Positions 1 to 9,107 of a stretch of DNA of 64,000 bases are shown here, in pieces. Location of the stretch: the NCBI RefSeq assembly GCF_020745735.1, contig NC_083444.1, positions 7,632,338 to 7,696,337 on the forward strand, read 5' to 3'. The translations under genes were made by a program, and so were the position numbers. Position 1 is the stretch's first letter. Each line of letters starts with the position of its first letter. This stretch comes from Hemiscyllium ocellatum (Eukaryota). Under the pieces are notes generated by a model that was not told where the DNA came from, made no database searches, and saw only the letters and a program-made list of their open reading frames with translations.

Positions 1-279
1 GCGTTTAAAATAAAAAAAAGTTAAAGTCTCAGCCACCTTCTTAATATGTTTAGAGAGGGTTTAGTCTGGTTTTAACAGTTGTGACGATGCGTAACTCCCT
101 ATCCAAAAGACCTTTTGAGAAACAGGAACATTTTAGAAGACATAAAGGTCCCTACGGGTTAAGAACTGGAATGGTGGAAGGGGTGGCTCTCTCTCTTTCG
201 GCTCACACACTCACAAAGACCCTTTCAAACACCATAAAGTTTACAATCTGGAGAGATTGAGCAAACTAGACTATTCACA

Positions 280-930
280 TAGAGTCTCAGAGTTGTACCG
301 TACGGAAACAGACCTTCTGGTCAACTGATCCATGCCGACCAGATATCTTAAATTAATGCAGCCCTATTTGCCAGCACTTGGCCCATACCCTTCCAAACCT
401 TTCCCATCCAAATGTATTTTAAATGTTATAATTGTACCAGGCTCCACCACTTCCTCTAGCAACTCATTCCATACACGCACCATTCTCTGCATGAAAATGT
501 TGCCTCTCGGGTCCCTTTTAAACCTTTTCCCTCTCACCTTAAACCTGCACCCCCTCTAGTTTTGGACCCTGGGGACAAGACCTTGCCTATTCTCTTACTA
601 TGCCCCTCATGATTTTATAAAGCTCTGTAAGATCACTCTGTAAGATCATGCTCATTGGAATCTAGAAGAATGAGGGGATATCTTAGGCAAACATATCAAA
701 TGATGAAGGGAGTAGATAAGATAAGCAGGGAGGTTGTTTCCACTGGTGAGTGAAACTAGAACGAGGGAGCATAGCATCAAAATAGTGGAGAGCATATTTA
801 GGACTGAGTTATGGAGGAATTTTTCCCCCCAAACGGTTGTGAACCTGTGGAATTCCCTGCCCAGGGAAACAGTTGAGGCTACCTAGTTGAATGTTGATAG
901 GTAGATTTTGGAACAGTAACGAATTAAGGG
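280..930. mobile_element. CR1-type LINE 3' fragments (minus about 280-625, plus about 640-930)
   Basis: Same degenerate sequence as the CR1 ORF2 C-terminus and tail seen elsewhere (accattctctgcatgaaaatgttgcc; gtgaacctgtggaattccctgccc). Confidence 0.75.
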
Positions 931-934
931 TGAG

Positions 935-1860
935 GACGGGGTTGTAAGTTTGCTTGCTGAGCTGGTAGGTTTGTTCTCAGACATTTGGTCACCATGCTCA
1001 GTAACATTATAAGTGAAGTGCTGGTATACTGTCCCGCTTTCTGTTTATGTGTCTTGGTCTGATGTGGTGGGTGATACCGCTTTTCTGAATGGTTGGTAAA
1101 TGGCGTCCAAATCGACGTATTGTTGACGGAGTTCCAGTTTGAATGCCAGGCCTGTGGGAATTCCCGTCTAGCCTATCCCAGGATGGATATATGGTCCCAG
1201 TCGAACTGGTGTCCCTCATTCCCTGTGTGTAAGGTTAGATGAATTGGCCACGCTAAGTTGCCCGTAGTGTTAGGTGCAGGGGTAAATGGAGGGGAATGGG
1301 CCTGGGTGGGTGCGCTTTGGCAGGTCGGTGTGGACTTGTTGGGCCGAAGGGACTGTTTCCACACTGTAAGTAATCTAATCTAATGATAGTTGATCGTGTC
1401 TTTGGGTGGCTAGTCGGTGCTCATGTATCCTGATGGTAATGTTTCTTGCAGTCCTTGCAGGGTATTTTGTATATGACGTTCATTCTGCTGGTTGTTGGTA
1501 TGGGGTCCTTTAGATTAATTAGGAGCCGTTTCAGTGTGCTGGTAGGTTTGTGGGCTACCACGATGCATATGGGTTGGAGTAGTCTTGTCATCATCTCTGA
1601 GATGTTTTTAATGTATGATAGTGTGGCTAGAGTCTCTGGGAGTGTTGTGTCTTCTTGCTTAGATTTGTGATTTGGAGATGCCGGTGTTGGACTGGGGTGT
1701 ACAAAGTTAAAAATCACACAACACCAGGTTATAGTCCAACAGGTTTAATTGGAAACACACTAGCTTTCAGAGCGTCGGACTATAACCTGGTGTTGTGTGA
1801 TTTTTAACTGTTTAGATTTGGACCGTGTTTGTTGCGTACCCATTGTTCCTGAATGCGTTG
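935..1860 (-). mobile_element. Penelope-like element fragment (GIY-YIG region) interrupted by a SINE 3' half (about 1215-1383) and a palindromic insert (1707-1810)
   Basis: Minus ORF 1421-1717 reads ...AHKPTSTLKRLLINLKDPIP...NVIYKIPCKDCKKHY, typical of the Penelope RT-to-GIY-YIG linker and endonuclease start. Confidence 0.8.
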
Positions 1861-2090
1861 TATAGGTTTTTTTGGATAGAGAGTTACACATCCTCACCAT
1901 TGTTAAAGACCAGACTAAACCCTTTCAAAACATATTAAGAAGGTGGCCAAGACTCTAACTTTTTTAAAATTTTAAACACAAGGGTTAAGGCATTGTGTTC
2001 CAGATGCAAATCAATTGGTTAAACTACCAGGCTTGAAGCAAAATACACTTTATAATTCATCTCATTGCTCCTGGGTACCGCAGTGAGTTG

Positions 2091-2560
2091 GAATTGAATT
2101 AAATTCATTGTCACGTGTACTGAGGCACAGTGAAAAGCTCTGTCTTGCGAGCACTACAGGCAGATCACAGAGTTACGTAACATAGATAAGTAAATAATAG
2201 GTAAACAGCAGCAAAACCCAAAGCAGGTGAATGTTAAGAGTTTGTGAGTCCATTCAGTATTCTAACAACAGTAGGGTAGAAACTGTTTCGAAACCGGCTG
2301 GTGCGTGTGTTCAGGCTTCTGTACCTTCTCCCCGATGGTAGAGGTTGAGGAAAAACATTGCCAGGGTGGGGTGGATCTTTGATAATGCTAGCAGCATTTC
2401 TTTGACAGCGGGCCTGGGAGATGGATTCTATAGACGGGAGGTTGGCCTTTGTGATTGTGTTGTGGCTCGTTTAAATAATGTCCTGACGCAGCTCCGTTTG
2501 TGGGTATTAGGCTGATTGTTGTTGAGTAGCTGGTCTGGTGTGTTAGGGGGAGTGGGCGGG
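2091..2560 (-). mobile_element. Rex1/Babar LINE 3' end
   Basis: Reverse complement of the 3' part of the Rex/Babar copy at 33320-34831, including the (ttcaa)-like tail. Confidence 0.75.
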
Positions 2561-2684
2561 TAAGTGGAGCAGGGTTCACAAAAAAGACCAGCCCTGACCT
2601 GACTGAATGTCCGTGCAGCATCGACTGGCCAGACAGCCTACTCCTGCTCCTCCTTCTTACATTCTAATGTTCTTATGTTTTCAG

Positions 2685-3047
2685 GTGCCTGTGTTGACAT
2701 CTTAATTTCCCAAACTCCCTCAATTCTCACTGTGGAAGAAGGAGCTGATGCCCATGTAAACTGTAGTCTTGACACCCCACAGCAGATCTCTGAAGCGTTC
2801 TTTGAATGGGAAAATAAGTCCGACACCATCCTCACCTGTAAGATGCAAAACTACAGTCATATTGAAAACTGTAGGCGCCACAGGATCAGCGCCTCCATCA
2901 ACTGGAACTCGGGATTCTTCATGATGCATATCAACAGCACCCAGCTGAAGGATAATGGGACATATTACTGTCGCCTTCAGATTGAGCGACCGGTCCCGAT
3001 TAAGGCAGGACGGGGGAACGGAACTGTTTTGATTGTTGAGGCGTCAG
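2685..3047 (+). CDS. IgV-domain exon of a CD28/PD-1/TMIGD2-family receptor (phase 1-1, 363 nt)
   Basis: Acceptor ttatgttttcag|GT at 2684/2685 and donor TCAG|gtatac at 3047/3048. The translation has V-set hallmarks: A-strand ISQTP, B-strand Cys (VNC), C-strand Trp (FFEW), D-x-G-x-Y-Y-C (DNGTYYC) and G-strand GRGNGTVLIV. It also has an extra Cys pair (ILTC...ENC). Confidence 0.93.
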
Positions 3048-3294
3048 GTATACCTTTTGGAGGCCGGGACCCGTTGGGACGTGTCCGAGGGTTTTGAAGG
3101 AAGTGAGGGTGGATATTGATGCTCTTCCAGTTATCCCTGAGCGCCGAAGAAAAGGTGGTGGGATTCGCCCAGAGGGTGTCGGGAGGACAGGGAGAGTCTG
3201 GAACTCACTGCCTGTGAGGGTGGGAGAGGCCTTGAGGAAGTGTTGAGATGTGCACTTGGAAGGCCAAGGCTGTGGGCCCAGTGTGCTGCAAAAT

Positions 3295-4030
3295 GGGATT
3301 AGGATATTGGGCTGAATGGGCCTTTTGCTATGCTGTATACCTGCACAGATGGACCGAAGGGTCTCTTTCTCTGCTGTCGACCTGCACAGATGGGCTGAAA
3401 GGCCTCTTCTTATGTTGTAGGCCTCCACAGATTGGCCAAAAGGTCTCTTCCTATGTTATAGCCCTCTGCAGATGGGCTGATGGGTCTCTCCCAATGCTGT
3501 AGACCACCACAGACGGGCTGAAGGGCCTCTTCCTGTGCTGTCGTCCTCCACAGATGGCCGGCAAGTCTAGTTTTGTGTAGACTACACAGATGGGCCGAAG
3601 GGTGTCTTCCTGTTCTCTAGATCACCACAGATGGCCAAAGGGTCTCTTGCTGTGCTGTTACTCTCTACAGATGGGCCAAAGGGCCTCTCCCTATACGGTA
3701 GCCTTCCAAAGATGGGCCAAAGGGCCTCTCCCTGTACTGTAGCCCTCCACAGATGGGCTGAAGGGTCTCTTGCTGTTCTGTAGCCCTGCACAGATGGGCC
3801 GAAAGGCCTTTCCCTATATGGTAGCCTTCCACAGATGGGCCGAAGGGTCTCTTGCTGGGCTGTAGCCCTGCACAGATGGGCCAAAAGGCCTTTCCCTATA
3901 TGGTAGCCTTCCACAGATGGGCTGAAGGGTCTCTTTCTGTGCTGTAGCCCTCCACAGATGGGCCGAAAGGCCTCTCCCTATGCTGTACCCCTCGATAGAT
4001 GGGCCAAAAGATCGCTTTCTGTGCTGCTGA
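3295..4030 (+). repeat. Minisatellite, about 41-bp unit (acagatgggccgaagggtctct...ctgtgctgtagccctcc), resembling the CR1/SINE 3' tail
   Basis: acagatgg recurs at 3345, 3386 and onward with about 41-nt period. Confidence 0.9.
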
Positions 4031-4439
4031 CCACCACAACTCTAGTCAATTCCCTCAAACACAATCAGTTTAAATTCAGTGGTGGAGACACTTCTACAAG
4101 CAATTACTCCGGAGCGGATTAGATTCTGTTTTATTTCATTCACGGGGGGGGGGTGTCACCGGCTGAGCCAGCATTTATTGACCATCCTATTTGTCCCTGA
4201 ATGGAAAATCTTTCAGAGGGGCACTTAAAAGTCAACCACATTGGCTGTGAAGTCTAGAGTCATGTGTAGACCAGACCAGGTAAGGACAGCAGGCAGGTTG
4301 TGAATGGAGATTGTTACAGACTGAAAGACAGGTCTAATAGGGTAGAACTCCCTTCAGGATGCACTGAGTGCCAGTCTTGAGAGAGAGAGAGAGAGTGAGA
4401 GGGAGAGAGAGTGTGTGTCGTTTCCCTCGGGTGGGGTAT

Positions 4440-4826
4440 TTCAAGACTAGGGGCTATCTGTGGAGGATGACAGCACAGGGAGAGGCCCTTCGGCCCATCT
4501 GTGGTGGTCTACAGCATAGGGAGAGGCCCATCTGTGGTGGTCAACAGCAAAGGAAGGGGCCCTTCGGCCCATCTGTGGTGGTCTACAGTATAGGGAGCGG
4601 CCCATCTGTGGTGGTCTGCAGCAAAGGAAGGGGCCCTTCGGCCCATCTATGGAGGTCTACAACACAGGAAGGAGCCTTTTGGCCCATCTGTGGAGATCTG
4701 CAACATAAGCAGAGGCCTTTTGGCCCATCTGTGCAGGTCGACAGCAGAGGAAGAGACCCTTCAGCCCATCTGCGCAGGTCTACAGCATAGGTAAAGGCCC
4801 ATTCAGCCCAATATCCCAATCCTATC
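4440..4826 (-). repeat. Inverted copy of the 41-bp minisatellite
   Basis: The reverse complement of 4680-4826 aligns colinearly with 3295-3440. Confidence 0.88.
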
Positions 4827-4829
4827 ATA

Positions 4830-5514
4830 TTTTTAAGGTGATAGGAGAAAGATTTTAAAAAGCCTTAAATGGTAACTTTTTTAGACCGAGAGTGGTTCGG
4901 ATGTGGACTGAGCGTCCAGAGGAAGTGATCGATGCGGGCACAGTTACAGCACTTAAAAGACATTTAGATAAGACATGATTGGGAAAGGTTTAGAGGTTTA
5001 TGGGCCAGGAGCAGGCAGAGGGGACTAGTTCGGTTTGAGATTATGTTCAGCATGATCCCGAAGGGTCTGTTTCCGTGTTGTATGACTCTATGACAGAAAC
5101 AGACAGACAGAGGTAGACAGACAGACAGAGAACGAGACGGGAAGAAAGAAAAACAGAGATGCAGAAAGAAAGAGAGAGACAAGAGTAAGATAGAGAGAGA
5201 GTGTGTGTCTTTTTGCTAGGGTAAGGGATTTCAAGATGAAGGGGCATATGTTTAAGGAGAGCGGAGATAGATTTAAAAAAGACATGAGGGGCAACACAGA
5301 GGGTATTCATGTGTGGAACAAACCTCCTGAGGAAGTGGTGGAAATGGGTACAGTTACAACATTTTAAAGACATTTGGATAAGTACATGAATAGGAAAGGT
5401 TTAGAGAGATATGGGCCAGTAGCAGGCAGGTGGGACTGGTTTAGTTTGGGATATCTGGTCGGCATGGTCTGGTTGGGCCGAAGGGTCTGTTTCTGTACTG
5501 TATGACTCTATGAC
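4830..5514 (+). mobile_element. Two CR1 3'-end fragments separated by a GA-rich tract
   Basis: ttaaaagacatttggataagtacatgaataggaaaggttta...gggccgaagggtctgtttc CR1 tail sequence occurs twice. Confidence 0.75.
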
Positions 5515-5683
5515 NNNNNNNNNNNNNNNNNNNNNNNNNNNNNNNNNNNNNNNNNNNNNNNNNNNNNNNNNNNNNNNNNNNNNNNNNNNNNNNNNNNNNN
5601 NNNNNNNNNNNNNNNNNNNNNNNNNNNNNNNNNNNNNNNNNNNNNNNNNNNNNNNNNNNNNNNNNNNNNNNNNNNNNNNNNNN
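5515..5683. other. Assembly gap (N run) next to GA microsatellite
   Basis: N run in sequence. Confidence 0.99.
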
Positions 5684-6108
5684 TGAAATTCAGACAGACA
5701 GTGAGACAGGAAGATAGAGAGAGAGAGAGCGACAGAGAGAGAGAGAGAGAGAAAGAGACACAGATAGAGAGACAGAGACAGTGAGGCAGGGAGATAGAGA
5801 GACAGAGAGCAACAGAGAGAGAGTGAGAGACAGGGAGACAAACAGAGAGAAACAGAGAGGATGATGGTTGAAGTCAGGGTGGGAGGGGAAGGGAACAGAG
5901 AGATGGGGGCTTACAGGTAGGAAACATAACTGTCTTTCTTTCCTCCTTTCTCTGCTCCTCCAAACCCTCCCTCAGCGCACTCTCTGGAACAAAACCTCGA
6001 GCAGGATTTGAATCCAGTTCAGGGCATCAATGAGCAAGGAGAGGCTGGGAGAAAGCCTATTCCCGGAGCCGGTTTGTGTCTAATCTGATGGTTCTTCCTC
6101 CTTTCCAG

Positions 6109-6237
6109 GTGAGGGACCTCCTGAATTTTACAGCAATGGGAAATGGCTGGCGTCGATGGCAGCTTGGCTACTCCCTGGGATCTTCCTGTGCGCACTGGTT
6201 ACTTCACTCCTCTTGGTCAGAGGCAGGAGACTGACTG
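6109..6237 (+). CDS. Stalk/transmembrane exon of the same receptor (phase 1-1, 129 nt)
   Basis: Branch-like ctaat plus ttcttcctcctttccag| acceptor, donor ACTG|gtgtgt. In frame with the V exon it reads GEGPPEFYSNGKWLASMAAWLLPGIFLCALVTSLLLVRGRRLT: an uncharged hydrophobic helix followed by an RGRR stop-transfer. Confidence 0.88.
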
Positions 6238-7059
6238 GTGTGTGTGTGTGTCCGTGAATCAATCATTGCAGCCAATTCATGTATTTTGCAGGCGTTGGAG
6301 CGGTGGTAGGAGGGGTTTCTGAACATCTCCAGGACAAATCCTGGTCTGGAACATTAGACCGGGATTTCTGGTTGCCATTTCACCTGATGTTGTGAACTCC
6401 AAGGCAATTCACTGAGAACTGAGCATTCCTCCAGACAATACACCCAGCACCCCTACTGTCTCCCACCCTCCGAGAGGATTCTTTCAAATCGGGGAGTTCG
6501 AACAGTCCCACTGCTGTTAGGTAGATGGCTGCCCAGGGAATCTCTCAGCAAGGGATTCCCACTCCTTGGAAAATTCTATCAACCAGCCTTTCCCTTCTCC
6601 TTGAAAATCTCAGGGTGTTGAAAGAAATCTCAACTGAGCAGGACTTTCAACATGCCAATCCGTGTCCCCTTCCTCACTCTGGGCATCATTAGCAGAAATC
6701 TACCTCAATGATAGAATGGATCTTAGGGACTGAATGGTCTCCACTAATCCTTGGAGTCATTGTTACCTTCTGACCACAAGATATAGGAGCAGAATAGGCC
6801 CACTTGGTCCACCAAATCAACTCCGCCGTTCAATCATGGCTGATATGTTTTCCAACCCCATTATCCTGCCCTCTCCCTATAATCCTTGATCCCCCCTTAC
6901 CAATCGAGAACCTATCTGGAATGTCAAAAAACTCTGGATGCTGGAAATCAGAAACAAAAACCAGAAATTGCTGGAGAAACACAGCAGGGTCTAGCAGAGG
7001 CTATGGAGAGAGAAACAGTTAACGTTTCTGGTGTAGTGACCCTCCTCAGAACCTATTTA

Positions 7060-8480
7060 CCTCTGCCTTAATGACTTGCCCTCCACAGCTCTTGCGACAA
7101 TGAGTTCCACAGAGTCACCACCCTCTGGTTGAAGATATTCCTCCTCATCTAAGTCCATCCCTTCACTCCTGAGGCTGTGTCCTCCGGTCCTAGTCTCTCC
7201 AACTGGTGGAAACCCCTTCTCAATCAGATTCCACCCACTCCCATCCTTCCAAACCCCACCGAGTACAGACCCAGAGTCCTCAACCCCTCCCAAATGACAA
7301 GCCCTTCATCCCTGGGATCTTCCTCGTCTGGACCCTCCCTTCCAAGGCCCGCACAGCCTTTCTTAGATACGGGGCCCGAAACTGCTCACGGTATTCCAAA
7401 TATGATCTGACCAGAGCCTTATACAGCCTCAGAACATCTCTGCACTTGTATTCTAGCCCTTTTGAAATGAACGCTAACATTGCATTTGCCTTCCTAACTG
7501 TCAACTGAACCTACGTGTCAACCTTTAGAGAATCCTGAACTAGGACTCCCATGTCCCTTTGTGTTTCAGCTTTCCAAACCCTTGCTATTGAGAAAATAGT
7601 CGAAGCTTTTATTCTTCCAGCCAAACCTTCATAGAATCCATGCAGAGAGAGGCTATTGGGTCTCTTGAGTATGTACTGACTCTCTGAAGAGCATCTCACC
7701 CGCCCTACATTTACCACAGTTGACCCACCTAACTTGGACAATTTAGCATGGCCAATCCACCCTAACCTGCACATAGAGTCATAGAGGTGTTAAGCATGGA
7801 AACAGACCCTTCAGCCCAATTCGTCCATGCTGACCAAATATCCCAACCCAATCTAGTCCCACCTGCCAGCACTTGGCCCATATCCCTCCAAACCCTTCCT
7901 ATTCATGTGCCCATCCAGATGCCTTTTAAATGCTGTAATTGTACCAGCTGCAAATGTGTTGCTGGTCAAAGCACAGCAGGCCAGGCAGCATCTCAGGAAT
8001 AGAGAATTCGACGTTTCGAGCATAAACCCTTCATCCTGATGAAGGGCTTATGCTCGAAACGTCGAATTCTCTATTCCTGAGATGCTGCCTGGCCTGCTGT
8101 GCTTTGACCAGCAACACATTTGCAGCTGTGATCTCCAGCATCTGCAGACCTCATTTTTTACTCGTAATTGTACCAGCCTCCACCACTTCCTCTGGCAGCC
8201 CATTCCATACACGTACCACCCTCTGTGTGAAAGTGTTGCCCCTTAGGTCTCTTTTATATCTTTACCCTCTCACCCTAAATGTATGCCCTCTAGTTCTGGA
8301 CTACCCCACCCTAGGGAAAAGACTTTGTCTATTTATCCTACTCATGCCCCTCATGATTTTATAAAACCTCTATAAAGTCACCCCTCAGCCTCTGACGATC
8401 CAGGGAAAACAGCCCCAGTCTATTCAACCTCTCCCTGTACCTCAAGTCTTCTAACCCTGGCAACATCCTTGCAAATCCTT
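7060..8480 (-). mobile_element. CR1 fragments on the minus strand, one carrying a palindromic insertion (7949-8163)
   Basis: Minus ORF 7280-7504 reads ANAMLAFISKGLEYKCRDVLRLYKALVRSYLEY, a CR1 ORF2 C-terminal motif. Confidence 0.8.
7945..8128. repeat. Near-perfect palindrome (two 91-nt arms, 2-nt loop) made of Penelope-like terminal sequence
   Basis: 7945-8035 is the reverse complement of 8038-8128 with one mismatch seen. The insertion is flanked by gtaattgtaccagc at 7935-7948 and 8164-8177. Confidence 0.9.
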
Positions 8481-8818
8481 TCTTTGGACCGTGGGAGGAA
8501 ACCAGAGAATCTGGAGGGAACTCATGCACATACAGGGAGAACGTCCAAACTCCACAGAGTGGAGTCACCCAAGGGTAGAATTGAACCAGTGTCCCTGGTG
8601 TTATGAGGCAGCAGTGCTAACCACTGAGCCACTGTGTTCTGCTTTCCCAGCTCCTTCAACCCTCGGGCTCCGCAATGACTGAGGGACGGTTCGGGATCTG
8701 ATCGAAGGATGGGAGACTGTATTATTAAGAGGCAGGCAGTTGTGCCAACTCCAGTTAGCTGTCACGCCTCCTCCTGTTGGCCTGGTCTGCTCTCCTAATG
8801 TTCACGGGTCTCTTGCAG

Positions 8819-8991
8819 GATTGGGATCGGTATCACAGGAAGCCAGAGGAAGTGACGAGACCCATGATCTACCGTTGGAGCATGAGACAAGTATGCCGAA
8901 AGCCAAAGATGGAAAGTTGCTGGGGGCAACTCAGCAAGTTCCGGGGAGAGAGGTTGTTGAGAGTAGTTCTGTTCCTGTTAGAGTGAGGCAG
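8819..8991 (+). CDS. First cytoplasmic exon of the receptor (phase 1-0, 173 nt)
   Basis: Acceptor ctaat...ggtctcttgcag| and consensus donor CAG|gtaagc, in a non-repeat island. It is open in the phase the TM exon requires: GLGSVSQEARGSDETHDLPLEHETSMPKAKDGKLLGATQQVPGREVVESSSVPVRVRQ. Confidence 0.72.
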
Positions 8992-9107
8992 GTAAGCTTA
9001 AGAAGCAATGGGTGAATAAAGATATTGAGAATCATAGAATCCCTACAGTGTGGAAACAGGCCCTTCAGCCCAAACCGACCCTCTGAAGAATAACCCACCC
9101 AGACCCA

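Noticed and set aside
2058-2084. ISLLLGTA|gtgagt, a possible leader exon for the IgV gene
   Set aside because: Donor is phase 0 in that frame while the V exon needs phase 1; an in-frame TAA precedes it and there is no ATG.
3295-4030. Regularly spaced repeats that resemble a CRISPR array (also 44540-44845, 55300-55760, 59210-59950)
   Set aside because: Degenerate tandem units without unique spacers, eukaryotic context, no cas genes.
5976-6071. A 96-nt symmetric stalk exon spliced to the TM exon
   Set aside because: It would need a 37-nt intron (6072-6108), too short for vertebrate splicing. Kept only as an alternative-acceptor hypothesis.
6292-6520. Acceptor-like site just after the TM exon
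   Set aside because: The implied 54-nt intron is too short, and the frame stops early with no motif.
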